A stretch of 64,000 nt of DNA, taken from an uncultured Desulfobacterales bacterium. Lineage in GTDB: Bacteria > Desulfobacterota > Dissulfuribacteria > Dissulfuribacterales > JALVPX01. The stretch spans positions 120,407 to 184,406 of the forward strand of contig CAYWKF010000044.1 in the NCBI GenBank assembly GCA_964459155.1. Reading direction: 5' to 3'. How positions within the stretch are numbered: position 1 is the first letter of the stretch; every line of letters starts with the position of its first letter. Positions 36,618 to 45,769 of this stretch are shown piece by piece. The notes below the pieces were generated by a model. That model saw only the letters and a program-made list of their open reading frames with translations, had not been told where the DNA came from and did not search any database. The translations under genes and the position numbers were made by a program.

Positions 36618-37838
36618 CTATTTTCTGGACAATGTCTTAACTTTTAGCAACGAGGGGTTGAGCCACGGTATTGGATTTAAGGTCTTGTCTTCCCACCTGA
36701 GTTCAAAATAGACGCCCTCTGCCACCCACGGTCCGCTACCAGAAAGACCTATGACATCACCTTCGTGCACCATATCCCCAACTTGCCGAAACAGGACAGA
36801 AAGCTGAGCGACAAGGCTCATGAAACCATCTCCGTGGTCCAGGATAATCACGTTACCATACCCCTTGAGGCTTCCCGCATAAACGACCTGGCCGTCAAAA
36901 AATGCCCTTACATCTGAACCCCAAGGCGCTGAAATCAAGATTCCTCTCACCTTTTTGCCAGAAGCGGTTTTCTTGGAAATGTTTCCATAAACGGGCGGCT
37001 CAAGATCGCCCTTTTGCTTTACCAGGCTTGCCCCAGAGGAAAGGGCCGCTTTAAGTCTTTGCTGCTCCCTTCGTTTTCGCTCCAGCCATGCCTGTTTTCG
37101 CAGCTCTTTCAAAAGAGCCTGTAAAGATCTTTTTGCCTCGTTCAGCTCTGCAAGATTCTCTTCATAGCTCTCACCTTGCTCCATTAGCTTCTGAAGCAAT
37201 TTCTTTTTTTCTTCCTTTTTTGCTTCTAGTTGAAGGGCCTCATCTTCCATCCGTAAGGCTGCCGCCTTAAAGGCATCGCTTTTAAACTGCAAATCATCTC
37301 TTACCGCCCTTACCTCCTCAAGCTTGGCTGCATAAAGTTTTCGAATTTCTTTGTCATGGGAAAGAAGATGCTTCAAATAGGTCTGCCTGGAATAGATTTC
37401 TGGCACGGTCTGCGCAGCAAAAATTATATTCAAGGTGCCCACAGTTCCTGTTTCATAAAGGCTTCTCAGCCTACTTTCCACTCTTTTCTGAAGCTGGTCC
37501 AGCAGATTCTTTTGTTCTCGGTATTTTTCTTTTACTTTAAGCAACTCAAGTTCGACTTGCGTCCACTTCTTGCGTGCCTCTTCCAGTTCGCGCCACTGTT
37601 TTTCTATCTCTTGGTCCAAATCAGCCAATTCGTCCAGTAGTGACTTTTTCTCTTTTTTGATCTCTTTAATGAGTTTCTTGTTTTGCTTGATACCTTTTTC
37701 TACTTCCTGGAGTTCTTTCTTTTTCTGTTTTATCTGGCTATAGGTGGACACCCTGGCAGACGCAAGATGTGCGGATATGGCTCCCAGAAAAATAAAAGCG
37801 GCGGCAAACACGAAACATTTCATCAGGTGCCTCATCAC
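36618..37838 (-). CDS. Murein hydrolase activator EnvC-like protein (coiled coil + M23/LytM domain)
   Basis: 406 aa. Long K/E/L-rich coiled coil, then GYGNVIILDHGDGFMSLVAQLS (LytM-type). Immediately downstream of ftsX. Confidence 0.8.
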   Translation of the reverse strand: MMRHLMKCFVFAAAFIFLGAISAHLASARVSTYSQIKQKKKELQEVEKGIKQNKKLIKEIKKEKKSLLDELADLDQEIEKQWRELEEARKKWTQVELELLKVKEKYREQKNLLDQLQKRVESRLRSLYETGTVGTLNIIFAAQTVPEIYSRQTYLKHLLSHDKEIRKLYAAKLEEVRAVRDDLQFKSDAFKAAALRMEDEALQLEAKKEEKKKLLQKLMEQGESYEENLAELNEAKRSLQALLKELRKQAWLERKRREQQRLKAALSSGASLVKQKGDLEPPVYGNISKKTASGKKVRGILISAPWGSDVRAFFDGQVVYAGSLKGYGNVIILDHGDGFMSLVAQLSVLFRQVGDMVHEGDVIGLSGSGPWVAEGVYFELRWEDKTLNPIPWLNPSLLKVKTLSRK

Positions 37839-38719
37839 AGTTGCAAGAACCTCCGCATAGAGAACATGGTTCCAATGATGCAGGCAATAGTCGTAACCGC
37901 AATGACAGGAACCCAGAACGTGTATGGGAGAAATTGATAATCCAGACCCCTCAGGAGCTGTGATCCAGCCAGCATTGGCCTAGTATACGTATACATGGCG
38001 TATATGATGCCCACTGCCAAAGAGGAACCAATGAGGCCTTGCAAAAAGGCTTCTATCAAAAACGGACCCTGGATGAAGGAATTCGTGGCACCAACCAAAC
38101 GCAGTATTTCTAGCTCTTCTTGCCTAGCATATACAGTAAGCTTGATGGTGCTGGCCACAACAAAAACGGCACTCAAGAGCAACAAGACCCCGCCTGCAGC
38201 AACTATCATCTTGATCAGCTGAGAAAAGGCCTCAAGCCTGTGGAGCCACTCCTGGCCATATTGAACCTTTGCCACTTCAGGCCACCTGGCCACTTTGTTG
38301 GCCAATTCCCTTATCTTGTTGAGCTTGAATAAGGCCCGGTTAATCTCTAGCTCAAAGGATGGAGGTAGAAAGCCCGGATCCACGTCATCCAGCACATTTG
38401 TTTCATTTTCCAAATAAGATTCAAGCCGGCGATAAGCTTCTTCGGGTGATACGTAGACTACGGACTTCACACCTTCCATCTTCTGAAGCGTGGAAAAGAT
38501 CGCAGGTATGCGCTCAGGTGGTAGATCTTTCTTCAGATAGACCACCACACCAAGTTCTCGGCCAAAATGTTCCACAAAGCGCTCCAAGTTGAAGTAAAGG
38601 AAAGAGAAAAAGACGAAGATCAACAAAGAGAGCGTGACAACTATGGTGGTGACCGTCTGGGTGCCAAGGTTCTGCTTGATGTCTGAAAAGGCACGGCGAA
38701 ACAAGATGTTGAGTGTCAT
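37835..38719 (-). CDS. ftsX: Cell division ABC transporter permease-like protein FtsX
   Basis: 294 aa. 4-TM FtsX topology. 4-nt overlaps with ftsE and the envC-like gene. Confidence 0.9.
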   Translation of the reverse strand: MTLNILFRRAFSDIKQNLGTQTVTTIVVTLSLLIFVFFSFLYFNLERFVEHFGRELGVVVYLKKDLPPERIPAIFSTLQKMEGVKSVVYVSPEEAYRRLESYLENETNVLDDVDPGFLPPSFELEINRALFKLNKIRELANKVARWPEVAKVQYGQEWLHRLEAFSQLIKMIVAAGGVLLLLSAVFVVASTIKLTVYARQEELEILRLVGATNSFIQGPFLIEAFLQGLIGSSLAVGIIYAMYTYTRPMLAGSQLLRGLDYQFLPYTFWVPVIAVTTIACIIGTMFSMRRFLQL

Positions 38720-39408
38720 GATACCACCTCCACATTTCCAGACTCCAGCCTCAACACCCTTCCCGGACTGCTTTTGTACAGACGATCGTCGTGGGTTGCA
38801 AATATTATGGTGGCACCTCTGGCATTCAACTCGTGCATCAGGAGCATCACCTCAGCTGTTCTGATTTTGTCCAAATTGCCCGTAGGCTCGTCTGCCAGAA
38901 TAATAGGAGGCCTGTTGACCACAGCCCTGGCAATAGAAACTCTTTGCTGTTCCCCACCCGAAAGTTGTGGCGGAAACTGGTGCATCTTGTGGCCCAACCC
39001 AACTCCTTCCAAGACCTGGCAAACCCGCTTTTTGACCTGTTCCTTCCGAAGCCCCAAGACCTCAAGGCTCAAGGCCACATTTTCAAACACGCTCTTGTTT
39101 GACAACAGCTTAAAATCTTGGAAGATGACCCCAATCTTCCGCCTCAAATAGGGCACTTGCGACCTCGACAAAGTGGACAAGTCCATACCATCCACTATGA
39201 TCTTTCCGCCACTTGGCAGTTCAGCCCTAAACAAGAGACGCAGCAATGTGGTCTTTCCTGCGCCGCTGGGCCCAGTAAGGAATACTAGTTCTCCCTTTTC
39301 GATTTCCAGATTGACATCTGACATTACAACGTGATTTGGGGGATATTTTTTTGACACCCCTTGAAAGCTGATAATCGGTGTTTCAGCTGTTAGCATCTGC
39401 ATCTCCAA
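38716..39408 (-). CDS. ftsE: Cell division ATP-binding protein FtsE
   Basis: 230 aa. Walker A GPSGAGKTT, signature LSGGEQQRV, Walker B ILADEPTGNLD. Confidence 0.95.
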   Translation of the reverse strand: MEMQMLTAETPIISFQGVSKKYPPNHVVMSDVNLEIEKGELVFLTGPSGAGKTTLLRLLFRAELPSGGKIIVDGMDLSTLSRSQVPYLRRKIGVIFQDFKLLSNKSVFENVALSLEVLGLRKEQVKKRVCQVLEGVGLGHKMHQFPPQLSGGEQQRVSIARAVVNRPPIILADEPTGNLDKIRTAEVMLLMHELNARGATIIFATHDDRLYKSSPGRVLRLESGNVEVVS

Positions 39409-39601
39409 ACATTTTCATGAACAACTTAGGCCAATGTGCCTAACCAGGCGTGTTTATTGCAAATCACAGGCCATTATTCCGTTCCCCTATTCGACATTCC
39501 CGAAGGCTTCTCCTTTTAGGACTTGGAATCTTTTGCCGATAATAGAGCAAAGAAAATCTTACACTAAAATCAAAACAACCAGGCGGTATCGAAGCACTAC
39601 T

Positions 39602-40687
39602 ATGGCAAAAATAGATGCTTTTTTCAAATTGATGCATGAACAGGGTGCGTCTGACTTGCACCTTGCAGCAGGCTCTCCTCCTATTTTGAGGATAAGGGGT
39701 GATCTTCACAGAGTTAAATATGATGCCTTGAATGATGACGAGCTAAAGGCCATGCTCTATGAAATAGCCCCTGAGGAAAAGATAAAGACCTTTGAAGAGA
39801 CAGGGGATATCGATTTCGGCTACGAAATACCAAACTTGGCCCGTTACAGGGCAAATTTTTTCATGCAGAAAAATGGTATTGGTGCCGTTTTCAGAGAGAT
39901 CCCCAGCAAGATCTTGACTGCTGAACAGCTTGGCTTACCGGCCATCATGACCAAGCTGGCCATGCTGCCCAGGGGCCTTGTGTTAGTTACAGGGCCTACA
40001 GGAAGTGGAAAGTCGACCACACTGGCAGCCATTATCGATCACGCCAACAGAAACAGAAAAGATCACATAATAACTGTGGAAGATCCGATTGAATTTGTCC
40101 ACGAAAGCAAGGGCTGTTTGGTAAACCACAGGGAGGTGGGCACGCACACGAGGTCATTCAGCGCCGCCCTAAGAGGTGCATTGCGTGAAGACCCAGATAT
40201 TATCCTAGTGGGTGAAATGCGCGACCTGGAAACCATTGCCTTGGCCATCGAAGCTGCCATGACCGGTCACCTGGTCATGGGCACCCTCCATACCATCAGT
40301 GCTGCAAAGACCGTGGACAGGGTGATCGAGATTTTCCCAACCGAGCAACAGGCCCAGGTGCGTTCAACACTGGCCGATGCCTTGAGGGCAGTTATTTCCC
40401 AAACCATGTTCAAACGTATCGACACCCCTGGAAGATGCGTTGCCTTTGAAATCCTGGTGGCAACGCCAGCCGTTAGAAATCTCATACGCGAGGCCAAAAC
40501 GTACCAGATACCATCCTCAATGCAGACAGGTAAAAAATATGGAATGCAGACCCTGGACGACGCCATCATGGAGCTTTTGCAAAAGGGCTGGATAGATCCA
40601 GACGAGGCCTACAACAAGTGCGTGGACAAGGCCAAGTTCAAACCCTTTGCCAGAAGCGCACCCATTGATTTTACGGAGGTGGCCTAG
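39602..40687 (+). CDS. pilT: Type IV pilus retraction ATPase PilT
   Basis: Starts MAKIDAFFKLMHEQGASDLHL. Walker A GPTGSGKST, GEMRD, AAMTGHLVMGTLHT. I trimmed the track ORF (39434) to ATG 39602. Confidence 0.9.
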   Translation: MAKIDAFFKLMHEQGASDLHLAAGSPPILRIRGDLHRVKYDALNDDELKAMLYEIAPEEKIKTFEETGDIDFGYEIPNLARYRANFFMQKNGIGAVFREIPSKILTAEQLGLPAIMTKLAMLPRGLVLVTGPTGSGKSTTLAAIIDHANRNRKDHIITVEDPIEFVHESKGCLVNHREVGTHTRSFSAALRGALREDPDIILVGEMRDLETIALAIEAAMTGHLVMGTLHTISAAKTVDRVIEIFPTEQQAQVRSTLADALRAVISQTMFKRIDTPGRCVAFEILVATPAVRNLIREAKTYQIPSSMQTGKKYGMQTLDDAIMELLQKGWIDPDEAYNKCVDKAKFKPFARSAPIDFTEVA

Positions 40688-40688
40688 T

Positions 40689-41861
40689 ATGCACAGATCA
40701 GACCTCGATATGCTGCTCAGTGAACTGCTCGAGGCCCATCCCAGGATTTCTGACCTCAATTTTACAGTGGGAAGGCCTTGCCAAGTGGCAGCGGACGGAA
40801 AGCTCCATCCCGTGTCAGCTGGCCTGAATACAGGCTGTCTTACACCGTTTCAAACGGAAATGCTCGCCTTGACCATGATCAACAACAACAAAAGGCTTAT
40901 TTCTGACTTGATCAAACATGGTTCATGTGACTTTTCCTATCATTTGCATGACGGCCCAAGGTTTCGTGTTAATGTATTTTCACAGCGGGGAACATACAGC
41001 ATTGTCATGCGCCGCCTTGAAAACGAGGTACCTACCATTGAAGGGCTTGGTCTTCCTTCATGTTTCAAAGAAATGGCCAAAGAGAAAAACGGCATAATCC
41101 TTTTCACAGGTGCCACTGGTACTGGTAAAACCACGTCGCTGGCGGCGATACTTGACGAAATCAACAGAAATGAACCTCTGCACATCATAACTCTGGAAGA
41201 TCCCATAGAATATGTTCATGAGCACAAGAAGGCGACGTTCAATCAACGCGAACTAGGAAAAGATTTTGATGCCTTCAGCAGTGGGTTGAGGGCGGCCCTG
41301 CGCCAAGCGCCCCATGTGGTGCTGGTGGGAGAAATGAGGGACAGGGAAACCGTGGAAATCGCCATGAATGCGGCAGAGACTGGCCACTTGGTCTTCAGCA
41401 CCCTTCACACTGTGAATGCAGGACACACCATAAACAGGATTCTTGGCATGTTTACCACAGAGGAGGAACGGCAGGTAAGATTCCGCCTGGCCGATTCGAT
41501 CAGATGGGTCGTGGGTCAGAGACTTTTGCCTAAAAAAGAGGGTGGACGGGTGGCTGTTTTTGAAATCATGCACAACAACATCCGCGTAAAAGACGCCATC
41601 ATAAATGGAGAACGGGAAGGCAAGACCTTCTATGAAATAATAGAAAGTGCCCATGGTGTAGGTATGCAGACCTTTGACCAGCACATAATAGAACTTTTCC
41701 AGCAGGGAGTAATAGATGAAGAGACCGCCCTTGCCTATGCCAGCAGCAGGGCAAAGGTGCGGCAAGGTATTGATCAAGAAAAGAACAAGCGGGGAGAGAA
41801 GACCTCCGATATCGAAGGTCTCAGTATCGACCTGGATTGGGATGTCCGGGCACCAATTTAA
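40689..41861 (+). CDS. PilT/PilU-family ATPase paralogue
   Basis: Walker A GATGTGKTT, GEMRD, AAETGHLVFSTLHT. ATG 40689 lies 1 nt after the pilT stop. The track ORF start at 40647 overlaps pilT. Confidence 0.85.
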   Translation: MHRSDLDMLLSELLEAHPRISDLNFTVGRPCQVAADGKLHPVSAGLNTGCLTPFQTEMLALTMINNNKRLISDLIKHGSCDFSYHLHDGPRFRVNVFSQRGTYSIVMRRLENEVPTIEGLGLPSCFKEMAKEKNGIILFTGATGTGKTTSLAAILDEINRNEPLHIITLEDPIEYVHEHKKATFNQRELGKDFDAFSSGLRAALRQAPHVVLVGEMRDRETVEIAMNAAETGHLVFSTLHTVNAGHTINRILGMFTTEEERQVRFRLADSIRWVVGQRLLPKKEGGRVAVFEIMHNNIRVKDAIINGEREGKTFYEIIESAHGVGMQTFDQHIIELFQQGVIDEETALAYASSRAKVRQGIDQEKNKRGEKTSDIEGLSIDLDWDVRAPI

Positions 41862-41881
41862 GTTTATTTGGAGAACATCTC

Positions 41882-42520
41882 ATGGAGATAGTTTGTAAAG
41901 GCTGCAACAAAAGATATACGATCAGAGACGACAAAATCCCTACCCAGGGCAGTGCATATCTCTCTTGCCCCCAATGCGGTGAAAAAATAGAAATCAAGGC
42001 ACCGGAGCCTGTACAGACCACTGTGACAAGTGCTGATGGTGATCTATCCAACCAATATGACGATCCTGAATTTTTTGAACCCGGGGCTAAAACCGCCCTT
42101 GTATATTGCCCGCAGGAAGAAGCCAGGCTCGAAGCAAACAAGGCCTTGAAGCAGCTCAATTTCAGGGTAAGGGAGATCAAAAACGCCTCAGACATAGCAG
42201 GCCGTTTCAGGTATAACACTTTCGATCTCGTGTTGCTGTTCCAGAACGGTCCAGACCCGGAAGAACCCTTGAAGGAGATCCATGGCTTCATAAACAACTT
42301 GGAACCAGAAAGAAGGAAAAAGGTATTCGTTGTTTATTTCCACCTCTCAGGCAACCGCTACAATGGATTGCAAGCCTTCAGCTACTCTGTGGACATGACC
42401 CTCAACCCCCTGGACTTGGGAAGCCTTGTGGATCTTCTTCCAAAGGCCTTGAAGCAAAAGGAATTTAACTACAAAATATTTGAAGAGTGCCGGACGGAAT
42501 TGGCTGCTTCAGCGCTTTGA
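41882..42520 (+). CDS. MJ0042-type zinc-ribbon protein with a C-terminal receiver-like (pseudo-receiver) region
   Basis: MEIVCKGCNKRYTIRDDKIP...LSCPQCGEKIEI (CxxC...CxxC). The C-terminal alternating beta/alpha pattern (ALVYCP, FDLVLLF, VFVVYF) lacks the canonical phospho-acceptor Asp. Confidence 0.65.
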   Translation: MEIVCKGCNKRYTIRDDKIPTQGSAYLSCPQCGEKIEIKAPEPVQTTVTSADGDLSNQYDDPEFFEPGAKTALVYCPQEEARLEANKALKQLNFRVREIKNASDIAGRFRYNTFDLVLLFQNGPDPEEPLKEIHGFINNLEPERRKKVFVVYFHLSGNRYNGLQAFSYSVDMTLNPLDLGSLVDLLPKALKQKEFNYKIFEECRTELAASAL

Positions 42521-42643
42521 TATCTTCCAGAAGGCATTCTCCCCTTTTCAATCCAGAAAAATCCATGTAGGCTTTGAAAATAAGATATGATTTGACTGGG
42601 CGTCTTGCCCCGATCCGCTAAACATCCCTTCATGGAGGTTCAA

Positions 42644-43513
42644 ATGCAAGTCAAAAGGGCTATAGTTCCAGTAGCTGGCCTGGGCACCCGTTTTCTGCCT
42701 GCAACCAAAGCAATCCCTAAAGAAATGCTCACCATAGTCGATCGACCCACCATCCAATACATCGTAGAAGAGGTGGTGGCCTCGGGCATAAAGGACGTAA
42801 TATTGGTCACAGCGTCTGGAAAAGCAGCCATTGAAAATCACTTTGACTATTCCTTTGAGCTGGAAACCTTTTTGGCTCAAAAAGGCAAGCTCGATCTCTT
42901 GAGGATTGTGCGGCACATCTCCAACTTGATCAATGTAGTATCTGTACGGCAGAAAGAGCCCTTGGGTCTTGGCCATGCAGTCATGGTAACTGAACAAGTC
43001 GTGGGAGACGAACCTTTTGCAGTAGTGCTGGGCGATGATCTGGTTGACTCACAAATCCCCTGTGTCCATCAAATGTTGGATGTCTTCAATGAATATCAGG
43101 AATCAGTGGTGGCGGTCCAAGAAGTTCCTGAGTCAGAGACCCACAGGTATGGCATTGTGGAAGGAGAGGAGGTCTCGCCAGGTATCTACAAGGTGTCACG
43201 GCTGATCGAAAAACCGCCTACTGGAACCACCAAGTCCAATTTGGCCATAATAGGACGCTATGTTTTGAGGCCTGAAATATATGATTGCCTCCATAGGACT
43301 CTTCCCGGGGTAGGCGGAGAAATCCAGCTTACAGATGCGCTGGATATTTTGAGAAAGGAACGTGCCCTATATGCCTATAAATTTGCCGGCAAAAGATATG
43401 ATGCTGGAGACAAGTTCGGTTTTCTGCAGGCCACGGTAAACCTGGCACTGGAACATCCTGAGCTTGGCGGACCCTTCAAGGAATATTTGAAAGAGCTTGT
43501 TTCAAAACTCTGA
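42644..43513 (+). CDS. galU: UTP--glucose-1-phosphate uridylyltransferase
   Basis: KRAIVPVAGLGTRFLPATKAIPKEML N-terminus. GGAGG RBS upstream of ATG 42644. The track ORF started at 42605. Confidence 0.9.
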   Translation: MQVKRAIVPVAGLGTRFLPATKAIPKEMLTIVDRPTIQYIVEEVVASGIKDVILVTASGKAAIENHFDYSFELETFLAQKGKLDLLRIVRHISNLINVVSVRQKEPLGLGHAVMVTEQVVGDEPFAVVLGDDLVDSQIPCVHQMLDVFNEYQESVVAVQEVPESETHRYGIVEGEEVSPGIYKVSRLIEKPPTGTTKSNLAIIGRYVLRPEIYDCLHRTLPGVGGEIQLTDALDILRKERALYAYKFAGKRYDAGDKFGFLQATVNLALEHPELGGPFKEYLKELVSKL

Positions 43514-43519
43514 TTTGCA

Positions 43520-45625
43520 GTGGTAGGCCGAGGCTGCCCCCGATTAATTGATGTCATTGTACCGCTTCCCATCTATTCCTGTCTCACCTATGCACTACCT
43601 TCCGACATACCCATGCCTGCAAAGGGAAGCAGAGTGTTGGTTCCGGTGGGCAAGAGGAAAATGGCTGGTATCGTATGGGGGGAACGTACATCCCCACCGT
43701 CTGAATCAATCTCAATCAAGCCCATTCTACAACAACTCGATGCTGAACCCTTGATCAATGAAGATCTTTTCCAATTTCTAGAATGGGTAGCAAATTATTA
43801 TTTCCACCCCATTGGCCTGGTGGTGTCCGAAGCCATGCCGCCGGCCATCATCTCTGCTTACAAAGGCAGACAACGGGCCGTTTCAAAGCCCTTTAAACCA
43901 GGAACAAAGGCTCCGGAATTTTCAGTATGGTCTGGCAAGAACATCCCTTCCGCTCTCACCAGAGACCAAAAAACCGCCCTTGCCCTCATAGAAGAGGCTT
44001 TGGAACTAAATCGATACAAGACCTTCCTGCTCCATGGAGTCACTGGATGCGGCAAGACCGAGGTCTATATTCGTGCTGCAAAGGATGTTTTGGCTCGCGG
44101 CAGGCAGGTTCTGGTGCTGGTTCCTGAAATAGCCATGACCGCGCAGATCGTAGGACGCTTCCTCAATTATTTTGCTAGCAGTCTAAGTGTACTGCACAGT
44201 GGCCTTACGCCTTCAGAGAGGAGAAACCAGTGGTCACGGATCAGAAATGGCGAATCAAAAATTGTGATCGGCACCAGGTCGGCTGTCTTTGCTCCCCTGG
44301 AAAATATTGGTCTCATAGTGGTGGATGAAGAACATGATCCTTCCTACAAGCAGGACGAGCATCTCCGCTATCACGGCCGTGATTTGGCTGTCATCCGTGG
44401 CAAGTTGTCCAATGCAGTTGTTGTCCTTGGCTCGGCTACACCGTCTCTATCGAGTATGCACAATGTGGCACAGGGCAAATATCAGTTACTTTCCATGCCT
44501 CAGAGAATAGCTGGCAGGCCCATGCCTGAAATAGTCATAGTGGACCGCTCCAGAAAAGAAGGAAAAATTTCTTCTCCTGAAATCAAAAAGCCTTCTTGGC
44601 TTTCCACCAGGTTGTACGAAGAAATGAGAATAACCTTTGACAAAGGAGAGCAAGTGCTCCTCTTTTTAAACCGCCGCGGTTTCGCTCCCTATGTCTTTTG
44701 CCCAGAGTGCGGCCATGTCTTCAGATGCAAAGCATGCGATGTAACCATGACCTTACACCGTGCGTCAGAAAAAGAGGTGGCAGATGTAGCGACTGGTCGG
44801 CTGTGCTGCCATTACTGCGGCGCAGAGCACCTGGCCATGCCAGTATGCCCCAAATGCCAAGGTTTGTCTGCCATCGCCGCCGGATATGGAACCCAGAGGA
44901 TTGCTTCAGAATTGGGCAAGTTGTTTCCCGAAAAGAAAATAGCAAGACTAGATCGTGACACCGCGAGTTCGAGAAAAAAGATGGAGACACTCCTGCATAA
45001 TTTTCACAACCGCTCAATTGATTGCCTAGTGGGCACCCAAATGGTTACAAAAGGCCATGATTTTCCATATCTTACCTTGGTGGGTGTTATAGCGGCTGAT
45101 CAGTCCCTCAATTTTCCTGAATACCACGCATCTGAACGTACTTTTCAAATATTACTCCAAGTTAGCGGTAGGCCCGGACGTAATACCCTTCCCGGCAAGG
45201 TGGTGATCCAGACACACAATCCACACCATTATGTATTTAAGCATCTTGAAGGACATGATTTCGACGGTTTTGCCCAGGAAGAAATGTCGAGGCGAAAAGC
45301 GCTGGGTTATCCACCCTTTGGGCGATTGATAAACCTGCGGTTTTCAGGGAAAAACAGAAAAAGGGTCGAAACTAGTGCAAACTTGGCCGTTTCAATCCTT
45401 AAAAAGGCGGCCCTAAGTTATTCATTCAAAGGATTAGAGATACTAGGGCCTGCTCCTTCTCCTTTGAGCAGAATCAAAGGTAGATACAGATACCAAGTAT
45501 TGATAAAAGGCCTTTCCTTGGCTGACGTTAGGAAGGCATGCTCTTTTGTACTGCAGCACAAAACAACGCTGTGCCCTTCATCGGTCAAAATGGACCTCGA
45601 TGTTGACCCCCAGCGTTTGCTTTGA
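43520..45625 (+). CDS. priA: Primosomal protein N' (replication restart helicase PriA)
   Basis: 701 aa. Walker A GVTGCGKTE, DEEHD, and a Cys-rich zinc-binding insert (CPECGHVFRCKACD...CHYCG...CPKCQG). GTG start. Confidence 0.9.
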   Translation: MVGRGCPRLIDVIVPLPIYSCLTYALPSDIPMPAKGSRVLVPVGKRKMAGIVWGERTSPPSESISIKPILQQLDAEPLINEDLFQFLEWVANYYFHPIGLVVSEAMPPAIISAYKGRQRAVSKPFKPGTKAPEFSVWSGKNIPSALTRDQKTALALIEEALELNRYKTFLLHGVTGCGKTEVYIRAAKDVLARGRQVLVLVPEIAMTAQIVGRFLNYFASSLSVLHSGLTPSERRNQWSRIRNGESKIVIGTRSAVFAPLENIGLIVVDEEHDPSYKQDEHLRYHGRDLAVIRGKLSNAVVVLGSATPSLSSMHNVAQGKYQLLSMPQRIAGRPMPEIVIVDRSRKEGKISSPEIKKPSWLSTRLYEEMRITFDKGEQVLLFLNRRGFAPYVFCPECGHVFRCKACDVTMTLHRASEKEVADVATGRLCCHYCGAEHLAMPVCPKCQGLSAIAAGYGTQRIASELGKLFPEKKIARLDRDTASSRKKMETLLHNFHNRSIDCLVGTQMVTKGHDFPYLTLVGVIAADQSLNFPEYHASERTFQILLQVSGRPGRNTLPGKVVIQTHNPHHYVFKHLEGHDFDGFAQEEMSRRKALGYPPFGRLINLRFSGKNRKRVETSANLAVSILKKAALSYSFKGLEILGPAPSPLSRIKGRYRYQVLIKGLSLADVRKACSFVLQHKTTLCPSSVKMDLDVDPQRLL

Positions 45626-45638
45626 AAATTCAACATTA

Positions 45639-45683
45639 GTTGAAAAGCCTGCACCATTTTTGTTTTGATGCAGGCTTTTCAAC
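45639..45683. terminator. Hairpin between convergent priA and flgE
   Basis: 15-bp perfect stem GTTGAAAAGCCTGCA / TGCAGGCTTTTCAAC with a 15-nt loop. Confidence 0.55.
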
Positions 45684-45769
45684 AAATTACAAAAACTGCC
45701 TGGACGCACTCTGGAGCAATGCAATATCGCTAGCCGGTATTGCTTGCGTCCAAGATATTCAACCTACCA

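Noticed and set aside
39434-39601. Upstream extensions of track ORFs for pilT (39434), the pilT paralogue (40647), the zinc-ribbon protein (41837), galU (42605), fliK (50427), cfa (21945) and the nifU-like gene (56259).
   Set aside because: Internal ATG codons coincide with the conserved family N-termini. Several (cfa, galU, fliK) have a visible RBS, and some of the extensions overlap the upstream gene.
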